Of a stretch of 64,000 nucleotides of DNA, positions 21,973 to 31,930 are shown piece by piece. The translations under genes were made by a program, and so were the position numbers. Origin of the DNA: Bacteroidia bacterium (lineage in GTDB: Bacteria; Bacteroidota; Bacteroidia; M30B66); the NCBI GenBank assembly GCA_965279035.1, contig OZ257142.1, positions 1 to 64,000 on the forward strand, written 5' to 3'. The notes beneath the pieces are model-generated. The model did not search any database and was not told the origin of the DNA. It worked only from the letters and a program-made list of their open reading frames with translations. Position 1 is the stretch's first letter, and the number at the start of each line of letters is the position of its first letter.

Positions 21973-22542
21973 TTATTTTTGTGATAAAAAGGCTTGTGCC
22001 ATATGAACAGCTTCAGGCAAGCAAACATCCAAGCTATCATTTACCAAAATACGATCGGCGTGTTTGGCATATTCCATTTCGCGTTCAGCTTTTGCTACAC
22101 GGGTTTTAAAGCTCTTTTCTGTTTCTGTTGCTCGATTAAACAATCGTTGCTTTAATACTTCCATGGAAGGTGGCATCACAAATACCAACAAAGCTCTATT
22201 TCCGTAATGCCGTTTGATATTCAATCCTCCTTCCACATCCACATCAAAAATTACGTGGTTTCCTCGATTCCAAATACGGTCAATCTCATTTTTTAAGGTG
22301 CCGTAGAATGTTCCAGGATACACTTCTTCCCACTCTAAAAACTCGTCTTGGGCAATCTTGGTGGTAAACTCATCCGTGCCGATAAAATAGTAATCAACTC
22401 CATTTATTTCATTAGACCTTTGTTTCCTATTGGTGGCTGATACAGAAAACTCAATCCCCGGAATGTTCTCCAAAATATGACGCACGATGGTTGTCTTTCC
22501 AGCCCCACTAGGCGCACATACGATAATCAGTTTGCCACTCAC
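21973..22542 (-). CDS. gmk: Guanylate kinase
   Basis: APSGAGKTT P-loop, SVSATNR, EINGVDYYF, EWEEVY, YGT, FDVDVEG. Confidence 0.97.
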   Translation of the reverse strand: MSGKLIIVCAPSGAGKTTIVRHILENIPGIEFSVSATNRKQRSNEINGVDYYFIGTDEFTTKIAQDEFLEWEEVYPGTFYGTLKNEIDRIWNRGNHVIFDVDVEGGLNIKRHYGNRALLVFVMPPSMEVLKQRLFNRATETEKSFKTRVAKAEREMEYAKHADRILVNDSLDVCLPEAVHMAQAFLSQK

Positions 22543-23411
22543 AACACGTTATTCAGTTGTTCTTTAATCTTTTCCAATTCGTCTTTCATCATGACCACAC
22601 TTTTTTGCATTTCAGCATGATTTGCTTTCGATCCAATGGTGTTGATTTCTCGTCCCATTTCTTGACTAATGAACGCTAGTTTTCTACCTGATGGTGTGTT
22701 CTCGTTTGATGTTTCTCTAAAATAGGTGCAATGTGCTCGTAAACGTTGCTTTTCTTCCGAGATATCCAATTTCTCCATGAAGTAGATCATCTCTTCCTCA
22801 AATCGATTTGAACTCGATTCCGTTTGGCTCATCAACTCATCAATCTTGGTCTTTAATCGAGCACGAATAGATACCATTCGGCTTTCTTCATGAACAGCAA
22901 TCGCTTCCAATAATTTTTCAATACTCGTTACCCGATCTAACAATTCAAGCCCGAGCCCTTTTCCCTCATCAACACGAAATCCATCAACTTGTTTTATTGC
23001 TTCTTTGATATGTTCTAAAACCAAAGCCCAATCAGCATCTTCTGCTTCACCTTCCTCTTCTTGCATTAAATCGGGCGACTTCAATAATTCGGAAAACAAA
23101 TTACCTGATTCGGCGCCAAGTTCGTCTGCTAGATTTTTTAGTGCCGAATACCGAACTTTAAATGCATCCGTATTTAAAGTCAAACCAGCTGCTGCTGTAG
23201 CGTTTTTTAGTGAAATGAAAATATCCACTTTGCCTCGTTCCAATTGAACAGAAACTAAATTCCGAACTTCTCCTTCCTTTTCCCGAAAAGCTTGTGGTAA
23301 GCGTAAATTCAGATCTAACAGTTTACTATTGAGCGCACGGATATCGATTGTAAGTGTCTTCAAGCCAATAGCAGCTTGACTTTTCCCGAAACCGGTCATG
23401 GATTTAATCAT
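22539..23411 (-). CDS. yicC: YicC/YloC family endoribonuclease
   Basis: MIKSMTGFG, EKLDISEE, GRKLAFISQEMGREINTIGSK, LEKIKEQ; conserved yicC-gmk order. Confidence 0.95.
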   Translation of the reverse strand: MIKSMTGFGKSQAAIGLKTLTIDIRALNSKLLDLNLRLPQAFREKEGEVRNLVSVQLERGKVDIFISLKNATAAAGLTLNTDAFKVRYSALKNLADELGAESGNLFSELLKSPDLMQEEEGEAEDADWALVLEHIKEAIKQVDGFRVDEGKGLGLELLDRVTSIEKLLEAIAVHEESRMVSIRARLKTKIDELMSQTESSSNRFEEEMIYFMEKLDISEEKQRLRAHCTYFRETSNENTPSGRKLAFISQEMGREINTIGSKANHAEMQKSVVMMKDELEKIKEQLNNVL

Positions 23412-23557
23412 CGGCGCTAAAGTAGTAAAATTGACCTTTGTGGAGAGTAAAACTTTAGTTTGATATGAATTTCAAAAGCGTGACATTCATCACAAACAAT
23501 ATAAAATTGATGAACTTTCTTTGATTCAATTATTTCATCACAAAAAGCTCAATAAAT

Positions 23558-23767
23558 ATGAAAGCAAACATGGGTTCTACCGATAAAATCATCCGCATTC
23601 TTGTGGCAATTGTATTCGGAGTATTATACTTTACTGGCACAATTACCGGTACTTTGGGAATTATTCTTCTTGTACTTGGGGGTGTGTTTGTCGCCACTTC
23701 ATTCATTAGTTTCTGCCCATTGTATTTGCCTTTTGGGATTAATACACGTAGTAAATCGCAGAAATAA
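23558..23767 (+). CDS. DUF2892 (YgaP-like) small membrane protein
   Basis: NMGSTDKIIR, two TM helices, FCPLYLPFGINT. Confidence 0.9.
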   Translation: MKANMGSTDKIIRILVAIVFGVLYFTGTITGTLGIILLVLGGVFVATSFISFCPLYLPFGINTRSKSQK

Positions 23768-23787
23768 TTACCAAAAACCAGCAAAAG

Positions 23788-23822
23788 AAAAAGGAGAACT
23801 AATTCGTAGTCCTCCTTTTTTT
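23788..23822. terminator. Bidirectional terminator
   Basis: aaaaaggag-aacta-attcg-tagtc-ctccttttttt between convergent genes. Confidence 0.75.
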
Positions 23823-23841
23823 ATTTTATTTATTTAGGAAA

Positions 23842-25752
23842 TTAAAGCGTTTCCTTCAGCCATTTAAAGAATTCGCGCTGCCAAACAACTCCGTTTTGTG
23901 CTTGTAAAATCCAGTGGTTTTCATCTGGAAAATACACCAAACGACTTTTGATATTACGCAACTGCAATGCTTGAAAAGCTTCAAATCCTTGTCCTTCTGG
24001 AACACGGAAATCTTTTCCTCCGTGAAAAATCAACATCGGAGTATCCCAATTGCCCACTTTGGCACTAGGATCAAATTCAGCATAGGTTTTTTGTGCTACC
24101 GAATTATTCTTTTCCCAATATGCTCCTCCCATATCAAAATTGGTAAAGAATACTTCTTCAGTTGTTCCATACATGCTCTTCAAATCGAAAACACCTGCAT
24201 GTGCAATAAAGGTTTTGAAACGTTTGTTATGCATGCCCGCTAAATTGAAAACGGAATATCCGCCATAGCTTGCTCCAATACAACCTAGTCGAGATTTGTC
24301 TACATAACTTTCTTTCGAAGCATCATCAATCGCACTTAAATAATCACGCATCGATTGTCCGCCCCAGTCTTTACTAATCGCTTCGTTCCATTCTACTCCA
24401 AAACCAGGTAAACCGCGACGATTAGGTGCAACTACAATATATCCTTGAGCTGCCATCACCTGAAAATTCCATCGGAACGAGTAAAACTGAGTCACCGGAG
24501 ATTGCGGTCCACCTTGACAATACAATAAGGTTGGATATTTTTTCGCTGGATCAAAATCGGGTGGAAAAACCATCCATACCAACATCTTCTTACCATCAGT
24601 AGTTGTCACATAACGACGTTCTACTTTGCTCATTTTCACACCTGCATACAACTCATCATTCACATGAGTAAGCTGTTTCAAGCTTTTGCTTTTCATGTCA
24701 TACGTGTAAATCTCTGCAGCATGATTCATATCCGTGCGACTCAAAAGCAATGTATTTCCAACTTGAGAAACAATGCCTGTAATATCAAAATCACCATTGG
24801 TTAATTGCTGAACAACAGGTAATTTTTTGGTCATTCCAGGGTAATCTACTTCAAACAATTGCAAGGTTCCATCAACGGCAGCTGTGAAATAGATATTCTT
24901 TCCATCATCTGCCCAGCGAAACGATTTAACTGTTCCATCCCAATTGGCAGTTAGGTTCATATCACCTCCTTTTCCGCGAACAATGATGTCGTTTTTATCT
25001 GCCTCATACCCATCTCGTTTCATGCTCAACCAAGCCAAATTATTTAGAGAGGAAAACAAAGGATCGGTATCATATCCCATTCGTCCTTCAGTTAAATTGC
25101 TAGTTAAACCGCTGGCAATATCATAGCTGTATAAATCAGTATTTGTGCTGATGGCGTATGCTGTCCCTGCTTTTTTCTTGCACACATAAACTACCTGCAT
25201 TCCATCGTTACTAAACGTGTAATCACTTTCGTCACCCATGGGTTGTTGAGGACTATCGTAAGGCTCTCCCGGCATCAAATCCATTCCTTCATCCGCTTTT
25301 CCATTGATCATTTTATGTAGAAAAACGTGACGGTATTTTCCATCTTCCCAAGTATCCCAGTGACGGTAATTTAAGCCATCGTAAATCTGCACATTGGCTT
25401 TGGTCATCTCAGGATAATAGTCAGCAGCTTGTACTTTATCTACTTTTACCAAATGCTCTTGAAGTTGGTATTTCCCGTCTTTGCTGATACTTGCATCCGC
25501 TACAAGACCACCCAAATCATCGAGTGTGGTCGCCACTCCTCCAGCTAATGGAATCATGTAAAGTTTAGAACTGTTCTTATTGGCTTCTAAATCAGGAACA
25601 CTAGCGCGATACACCAAGTTTTTACCATCTTTTGTAACACCAATGGCTGATACTCGTGCTACTTTTAATAGTTGCTCTGGCGTCATAGCCGACTGTGCTA
25701 TTACGCCACCCATCGTTGCGCATAGAATCAGGGAAAGGAAATGTTTTTTCAT
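23842..25752 (-). CDS. S9 family serine peptidase (Dpp5-like)
   Basis: Signal peptide; beta-propeller region; CQGGPQ, GASYGG nucleophile, DFRVP, ENHW catalytic triad. Confidence 0.93.
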   Translation of the reverse strand: MKKHFLSLILCATMGGVIAQSAMTPEQLLKVARVSAIGVTKDGKNLVYRASVPDLEANKNSSKLYMIPLAGGVATTLDDLGGLVADASISKDGKYQLQEHLVKVDKVQAADYYPEMTKANVQIYDGLNYRHWDTWEDGKYRHVFLHKMINGKADEGMDLMPGEPYDSPQQPMGDESDYTFSNDGMQVVYVCKKKAGTAYAISTNTDLYSYDIASGLTSNLTEGRMGYDTDPLFSSLNNLAWLSMKRDGYEADKNDIIVRGKGGDMNLTANWDGTVKSFRWADDGKNIYFTAAVDGTLQLFEVDYPGMTKKLPVVQQLTNGDFDITGIVSQVGNTLLLSRTDMNHAAEIYTYDMKSKSLKQLTHVNDELYAGVKMSKVERRYVTTTDGKKMLVWMVFPPDFDPAKKYPTLLYCQGGPQSPVTQFYSFRWNFQVMAAQGYIVVAPNRRGLPGFGVEWNEAISKDWGGQSMRDYLSAIDDASKESYVDKSRLGCIGASYGGYSVFNLAGMHNKRFKTFIAHAGVFDLKSMYGTTEEVFFTNFDMGGAYWEKNNSVAQKTYAEFDPSAKVGNWDTPMLIFHGGKDFRVPEGQGFEAFQALQLRNIKSRLVYFPDENHWILQAQNGVVWQREFFKWLKETL

Positions 25753-26036
25753 TTCGGAATTCAGTTTAGGGCGGTGAAGATAAAAGATTCATTGGATTTT
25801 GAATCTGCTTATAAGTCTAAAGATGCTCATCTAGTATTCGTTTAACTCAATTCCCGTTCGTTTTGCTGCCAAAAAATTTCTTGGGAAAATGAAGTGTAGA
25901 TTTCTCTTTTACAATAGATGTTTAATTGAAAAAATTCAATCAATTCAACCTTCCAAAAATGCCAATTACCACATTGAAACATTGAGTAAATGTTATTCTC
26001 TGTTCCATACATCGGAATGCGTATTTTTGGAGTTCT

Positions 26037-29000
26037 GTGAATTCGCCCTTGAAACGTAGTCGGCTACTTTTACTTATCCTTGCTTTGCTCTGTTTGGGAG
26101 CTGCGGAACTAGGTTTTCGTTTCACGCACTTTCCTGCTCCTTTTGAGCAAAAACAATTGCTCGAAGAACTTATAAAAAAGCGAGGTAAGGAAATCGACAC
26201 AGAAGCTCTTCATTTTAAACATGCCGGCTGTCGCGACTTTTCTTTTTACCCAAACTTCCCTTCTCATTGGCAAGACTTATCACAAAATAAAAACATCGCA
26301 TTTTTCGGTTACTCGGAGCGATCGGTTTATTTCTGGACCGACAACACCGTTCCAGTTTCTTCGAATGGCTTGAGAAGTCTTGATGAAAACACCTTATTAA
26401 AACTTAAAAATGGTTGGTATTTGGTTCGTCGATATGAAGATGGTCCCTGCACATTACTTGGATTAGCGCTCATTTGCCACGAATATTCCTACCAAAACGA
26501 TTACCTCCAAAATGGATTTCCTGAACTGAAAGACATTCCCGATGGCTCTCGGTTATTGACAACTAAAGCAGTTGGTTCCATTCCCGTTTTAGGAGAAAAA
26601 GGACAAGTGATGGCTTGGTTCAGTCCTGATCAGGATGGAGCAGATGTCGAGAAATATCCAATTTGGCCAGTTTGGCTTTCTGTATTGGGATTGCTCATAT
26701 TTTTATTTGCAGGACATGCTATTGCATGCCATTGGGCCGAAAATGGAAAAAAAATAGCAGTTTGGATATGGTGGATTCTCTTGCTAATTCTGCGATACTT
26801 GAGTTTTCACTTTGAATTTCCTGGAGCTTTAACACACTTGGCATTATTTAGTCCGAGCGAATATGCTGCAAGCAATTGGCTTCCCACTTTAGGTGATTTG
26901 CTTATCAATTCTGTATTGCTTCTATACTCTAGTTGGCTCTTACACCGACAAGGAAAACGATTAAACTCAAAACCATCTTTCCAAAAACCACTGGCATTTA
27001 TCATCGTGTTTTTCATGTTGCTTTTCGCTTGGTTTATAGGTGATGTAATACGAGGATTGATTATCAACTCTAGCATTTCCCTCGATATTTCGGATGTGCT
27101 CACCTTAACCACGAGCAGCTATTTATCCTTTTTAATCATTGGGATTTTGTTTGCAACCATGTTCATTCTCATGGATTGTTTAAGCCGATGGATTGCTCCA
27201 ATGGTGAAAAATAGAATTGTGCTCATTGCAATGCTGGCAATAAGTTCAATCATTTTATTTGCTGTGTTTTCATTTGAAACAATGGGCGACCCTTGGGTAG
27301 TTCCAGCTACAGCAATTCTCTTTTTTATCATTTATGCATCACGAAATCAGAGCAACGGATTTGGATATGCACGAGTGATTGGACTCATTGTCTGTTTCGC
27401 CTTTTTAGGAACTTATTTATTGCAGCGTTATTCTTCGGAACGCGAATATGAAAAACGAAAATTATTGGCTGGGAAGATTTCTGCCGAACGCGATCCGATC
27501 GCCGAAAGCCTTTTTCTTGAAGCGGAAAAGAAAATTCTAAACGATTCCATTCTAAAAACCTATCTCCGCCCAAGTACATTAGCCACAAGCCAAGTGCGCG
27601 ACTTAGCTCAACTCTACTTTAATAGTTATTGGGAAAAATACAGCATCAATGTAAATGTATTTGGTGCCGACGAATGCCCCATGACAGCATTGTATACCAC
27701 TTCCGTAAGCGATCCTTTAAAGTTTGATCGTTTAATTGATTCCATTGGAATTCCAACTTTGAGCGACCGATTTTTCTTTATGGATAACGGTTCTGGAAGA
27801 ATAAGCTACATGGCTCGTTTACCAATTCTCAACGAAAACCGAGATTCCATTCCATTAGGCACTTTATACATCGATTTTCAATCGCGTTATACGCCGGAAG
27901 AAATTGGATATCCTGAGCTTTTGCTCGATAAAATGGTGAGTACGCGCACCGATTTAAGCAACTACAGTTACGCCCGTTACAACCAAGGGAAATTGGTTTC
28001 TCACTATGGAATCTATCCCTACGAACTTTCCGACACCCTATTCCGCAAAGCTTCGATTGATGAATACACTTTTTTCAAAACCGAAAAATTCAGTCATCTC
28101 ATTTACCGCGTTCGTGCAAATTCCTATGTCATACTAAGCTTGCCCAAAGCGGGTTTGCTTGGTTTACTTACCCCATTTTCCTATTTGATTTTGTTCTTTA
28201 GTATTTTGGTTTTGCTGCCTTACTTAGGACAAGAATTATTTTACCAACGTCATTTACGACGAATCAGTTTTAAGCGTCGTATTCAGCTTTCCATAGTACT
28301 TATCCTTTTCATCTCGCTGATCTTAATTGGAGGTGGAACCATTATGTACATCGTTTCAAATAGCAATCAGAAAAACCAACACAACATCAGCGAGAAAATT
28401 CACTCCTTACTTGTTGAGACCGAATACATTTTAGGAAAGGACGATGGCTTGAGTCCATTTAAATCGGAAGATATTGCATATGCGCTCACACGTCAAGCCA
28501 ATGTGTTCTTTGCAGACATCAATATTTTTGACCCTTACGGACAATTATACGCCTCCTCGCGTACCAAGATTTTTGAAGAAGGATTGGTTTCGAAGAAGAT
28601 GAATCCGGAAGCTTATTACAATCTTTCGGTGAGAAAAGGAAGCGAGTTTATACACGAAGAAAATATTGGAAAACTGAATTATTTTTCGGCTTATGTTCCG
28701 CTGAGAAATTACGAAAACAAGGTAATTGGCTATTTGAATCTACCTTATTTCGCACGTCAAAATGAACTTCGTAAAGAGATTGCAACGTTCGTGGTAGCCA
28801 TTGTCAATATTTATGTACTGCTGATTGTATTGGTAGTAATTGCTGCGATATTCTTATCCAATACCGTAACAGAACCGTTGCGCTTGATTCAGGAAAAACT
28901 CAGTAATATTCAATTGGGTCGAAAGAATGAAGTGATTGAATGGAAAGGTCAAGATGAAATTGGAGATTTAATTAGTGAGTACAATCGCATGGTGAGTGAA

Positions 29001-29708
29001 TTAGCCGAAAGTGCCGATAAACTCGCACGATCGGAACGGGAAAGTGCTTGGCGAGAAATGGCCAAACAGGTTGCGCACGAAATTAAAAATCCGCTCACTC
29101 CAATGAAATTGAGTACTCAAATGCTCAAACGTGCTTGGGACGACGGTGCTCCTGGATTTGATCAACGAATAGATCGATATACGCAAAACCTCATTGAGCA
29201 AATTGATTCATTGAGCCACATTGCTACAGAGTTTTCGAATTTCGCCAAAATGCCTAAAATGGTGAAAGAGAAAGTCGATTTGTATACTTTGGTTAAAAGT
29301 GCAATCGACTTCCATCAAGGAGAGCAAGGCGTTGAAATTGAATTCAAATCGGAATGTGAAACACCCTGTTTGGTATTAACTGATAAAGAACAAATGCTGC
29401 GTGTGTTTAATAATTTACTTCGAAATGCAATTCAAGCAATTCCAGAAGAGAAACAAGGTCGAATTGATGTGCTTTTGAAACGGATTGGAAATAAGTTTTC
29501 ACTTGCAATTAAAGACAACGGAACCGGTATCGCAGATGAGTTGAGAGAGAAGATTTTCTCTCCAAATTTTACGACCAAAAACGCGGGTATGGGACTCGGT
29601 TTGGCTTTGGTAAAGAATATTGTAGAAAGTTCTGAAGGAGAAATTTGGTTTGAATCGGAAGTAGGATTTGGTACCACCTTTTTTGTTGAACTCCAAGCAA
29701 TCTCATGA
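26037..29708 (+). CDS. Large multi-TM sensor histidine kinase (HAMP-HisKA-HATPase, NtrY-like C-terminus)
   Basis: Many TM helices; HAMP DEIGDLISEYNRM; AWREMAKQVAHEIKNPLTPM; NLLRNAIQA; DNGTGI; FTTK..GMGLGL. Confidence 0.92.
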   Translation: MNSPLKRSRLLLLILALLCLGAAELGFRFTHFPAPFEQKQLLEELIKKRGKEIDTEALHFKHAGCRDFSFYPNFPSHWQDLSQNKNIAFFGYSERSVYFWTDNTVPVSSNGLRSLDENTLLKLKNGWYLVRRYEDGPCTLLGLALICHEYSYQNDYLQNGFPELKDIPDGSRLLTTKAVGSIPVLGEKGQVMAWFSPDQDGADVEKYPIWPVWLSVLGLLIFLFAGHAIACHWAENGKKIAVWIWWILLLILRYLSFHFEFPGALTHLALFSPSEYAASNWLPTLGDLLINSVLLLYSSWLLHRQGKRLNSKPSFQKPLAFIIVFFMLLFAWFIGDVIRGLIINSSISLDISDVLTLTTSSYLSFLIIGILFATMFILMDCLSRWIAPMVKNRIVLIAMLAISSIILFAVFSFETMGDPWVVPATAILFFIIYASRNQSNGFGYARVIGLIVCFAFLGTYLLQRYSSEREYEKRKLLAGKISAERDPIAESLFLEAEKKILNDSILKTYLRPSTLATSQVRDLAQLYFNSYWEKYSINVNVFGADECPMTALYTTSVSDPLKFDRLIDSIGIPTLSDRFFFMDNGSGRISYMARLPILNENRDSIPLGTLYIDFQSRYTPEEIGYPELLLDKMVSTRTDLSNYSYARYNQGKLVSHYGIYPYELSDTLFRKASIDEYTFFKTEKFSHLIYRVRANSYVILSLPKAGLLGLLTPFSYLILFFSILVLLPYLGQELFYQRHLRRISFKRRIQLSIVLILFISLILIGGGTIMYIVSNSNQKNQHNISEKIHSLLVETEYILGKDDGLSPFKSEDIAYALTRQANVFFADINIFDPYGQLYASSRTKIFEEGLVSKKMNPEAYYNLSVRKGSEFIHEENIGKLNYFSAYVPLRNYENKVIGYLNLPYFARQNELRKEIATFVVAIVNIYVLLIVLVVIAAIFLSNTVTEPLRLIQEKLSNIQLGRKNEVIEWKGQDEIGDLISEYNRMVSELAESADKLARSERESAWREMAKQVAHEIKNPLTPMKLSTQMLKRAWDDGAPGFDQRIDRYTQNLIEQIDSLSHIATEFSNFAKMPKMVKEKVDLYTLVKSAIDFHQGEQGVEIEFKSECETPCLVLTDKEQMLRVFNNLLRNAIQAIPEEKQGRIDVLLKRIGNKFSLAIKDNGTGIADELREKIFSPNFTTKNAGMGLGLALVKNIVESSEGEIWFESEVGFGTTFFVELQAIS

Positions 29709-29788
29709 GATTTTATCTCAAAATTTATCTTGATGAATTGCAGCAGAATCAAGGCTTTCAAATAAATAGTGATTTTTTTTCAAAGCGC

Positions 29789-29817
29789 TGTAACTTCGTC
29801 CTGTGTTTATTCCTCTA
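29789..29817 (+). promoter_or_regulatory. Putative ECF sigma-dependent promoter (autoregulatory)
   Basis: TGTAAC-N19-TCT upstream of the sigma gene; same motif at 31873. Confidence 0.5.
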
Positions 29818-29839
29818 AGGCAGACCAAAGCCCGAAACA

Positions 29840-30328
29840 GTGACTGTAGCCGAATTCAATCAAAGTGTAGATCAGTTTTCTGATAACATCTATCGCTTCA
29901 TCCTAAAGAATATGCGGGACGAAGACGAAGCACGTGATGTGGTTCAAGATACGTTTGAAAAAGTATGGTTGAAGGCTTCGGAAGTTTCCTTCGAAAAAGC
30001 AAAGTCGTATTTATTTACAACGGCTTATCGCCTGATGTTGGAGCGGATTCGTAAAAAGAAACGTCAGGAACCAATTGACAATTCTTTGCGTGTGGTTGCC
30101 GGTTCATCAAAAGATCCAGAATTTGATTTGAAACGCATCTTGAATGAAGCCATTGCAAAATTACCAGAAGATCAACGTTCAGTGATTATGTTGCGCGATT
30201 ATGAAGGATATTCTTATGATGAAATTGGTCGCATTACTGGATTGAATGAAAGTCAGGTTAAAGTTTACATTTTCAGAGCACGCGTATTTTTGAAGAATTA
30301 TTTAGTGAGAGCGGAGGTGGTATTATGA
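29840..30328 (+). CDS. ECF RNA polymerase sigma factor
   Basis: Region 2 ARDVVQDTFEKVW...KSYLFTTAYR; region 4 LPEDQRSVIMLRDYEGYSYDEIG...VKVYIFRAR. Confidence 0.95.
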   Translation: MTVAEFNQSVDQFSDNIYRFILKNMRDEDEARDVVQDTFEKVWLKASEVSFEKAKSYLFTTAYRLMLERIRKKKRQEPIDNSLRVVAGSSKDPEFDLKRILNEAIAKLPEDQRSVIMLRDYEGYSYDEIGRITGLNESQVKVYIFRARVFLKNYLVRAEVVL

Positions 30329-31593
30329 GCAGAATAGATAAAACCAATTATGAGGCTTGGCTGCTCGATTATACCGAAGGAAATTTGAGCGCCGAAGACA
30401 TCGCTGAACTTCTCTTGTTCTTAGAACAAAACCCAGAGTTGAAGACTGATTTGGATGGTTTGATGGATATTCAACTCGTGGACGATGATTTATCTCCAAT
30501 CGATTTTAAACACACATTGATAAAAGACGAATCGAACGTAAAAGAACGATTTGATGCATTATGCCTTTCGTTTTACGATAAAACCATTTCGGCTTCTGAG
30601 AAAAAGGAATTGGATTATATACTGCAACAAAAGCCTCATTGGGAAAAAGAATTCAAAGCATTTGCGTTTACGTATTTTATTCCTGCACCTGAAATTGAAT
30701 TCCCATCAAAAGCTGTTTTGAAAAAGCAGTTTCTTCCTGAAGATGGTTTTGAAAATCAAGCAGTGAAGGCTATTGAAGGATTGATGAAGCCGGAAGAGCG
30801 TTTAGTATTTGAACGAAGCTTAGAAGGAAATGCCGAAAAGATTTATGCATGGAAAGCATTTCAAAAATCGGTGCTTTCAAAAGAGAATATTGTTTTTGAA
30901 GAAAAGAGCAACTTATATAAAGAAAAAAACTCTGGTCGAATTGTATTTCTTGGAGCACGTTTGATTGCCATTGCTGCATCCATTGCTTTATTGATTGGCC
31001 TGTTTTCGCTTTTTAATTCGAATAAACCACACAATGGAATGGCGAGTATAAATTCAGATACGATTTCGGCTGTGCGTCCTGTAAAGCAGGTTGTTGTTCC
31101 TGAAACAAATTCATTTGTGAATACTGTTCCAAAGAAATTGGAAAATAAAAAATCTCAAAAAAATAATAGTCAAAAACCTTTGAGAATTGAAGCTCCAGTT
31201 GATATTCAGAAAGAAAGTTTTGCGGATTTAAAAACGTTAAAAGCGAAATCGATTGAGGATTTTGAATTGCCTGGTGAATATTTAACAATTAATCCTTACG
31301 ATAATATTCAAGTAAATCCTCAGATGCCAACAGCTTTCGTTGAATCTGAATTTTTAAGTCCAACACAATTTTTAGTTTCTAGAGCAAAAGGGCTTTTGAA
31401 GAAAAATAAAATTGATGTAGAAAAACCATTGCGTGAAATTAAAGAAGATGGATTGGCAGAAACAAGTTATAAAAGCATCGAACGAATCACTCGTGGAAAT
31501 GTAAATATTAACCGAGAAAAAACTCCCACAGGAAGTCGTGTTTTGGGTTTTAGTATTGGATCGCTGGAGTTTAGTCGTTCATCTGGAAGATAA
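30325..31593 (+). CDS. Putative anti-sigma factor, single TM helix
   Basis: Coupled to sigma (ATGA overlap); LLDYTEGNLS..D..ELL.FL N-terminus repeated in degenerate form; TM IAIAASIALLIGLF. Confidence 0.7.
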   Translation: MSRIDKTNYEAWLLDYTEGNLSAEDIAELLLFLEQNPELKTDLDGLMDIQLVDDDLSPIDFKHTLIKDESNVKERFDALCLSFYDKTISASEKKELDYILQQKPHWEKEFKAFAFTYFIPAPEIEFPSKAVLKKQFLPEDGFENQAVKAIEGLMKPEERLVFERSLEGNAEKIYAWKAFQKSVLSKENIVFEEKSNLYKEKNSGRIVFLGARLIAIAASIALLIGLFSLFNSNKPHNGMASINSDTISAVRPVKQVVVPETNSFVNTVPKKLENKKSQKNNSQKPLRIEAPVDIQKESFADLKTLKAKSIEDFELPGEYLTINPYDNIQVNPQMPTAFVESEFLSPTQFLVSRAKGLLKKNKIDVEKPLREIKEDGLAETSYKSIERITRGNVNINREKTPTGSRVLGFSIGSLEFSRSSGR

Positions 31594-31611
31594 AATATAA
31601 ATCTCAATTTT

Positions 31612-31644
31612 AAACGCCTTGTTTCAATGAAGCAGGGAGTTTTT
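31612..31644 (+). terminator. Terminator after sigma/anti-sigma
   Basis: aaacgccttgtttca-a-tgaagcagggagttttt. Confidence 0.6.
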
Positions 31645-31657
31645 GTTTAAAGAAAAA

Positions 31658-31755
31658 GGCTTAGCCCAGAAGGGGTTTACTGTTGAACGAATTACCCCGC
31701 ACGAAGGATGTTCCGATAGCTATCCGAATGAGCGGAAACGCGGTTAAGCCCCAAA
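31658..31755 (+). repeat. Dispersed ~100-bp intergenic repeat, copy 1
   Basis: ggcttagc..gaaggggtttac..ttga...cccgcacgaaggatgttccgatagctatc.gaat...aaacgcgg...aagccccaaa shared with 61645..61749. Confidence 0.85.
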
Positions 31756-31872
31756 CAAAAGAAATTGAATGTTGATTTTAAAAAAATTGAATCTGAAAAT
31801 TTGCTGAAAGCATGCTTATTATTGCCATTAGAAGATGTTGAAATAAAAAGATCGAAAAAAAATTCATTGGAT

Positions 31873-31901
31873 TGTAACTAATGAAACGTTTGAACTTCTT
31901 A
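31873..31901 (+). promoter_or_regulatory. Putative ECF promoter of the DUF2807 gene
   Basis: TGTAAC-N18-TCT, matching the motif at 29789. Confidence 0.5.
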
Positions 31902-31930
31902 TGCCTGAAACTCACCTAGAACATTGTGTT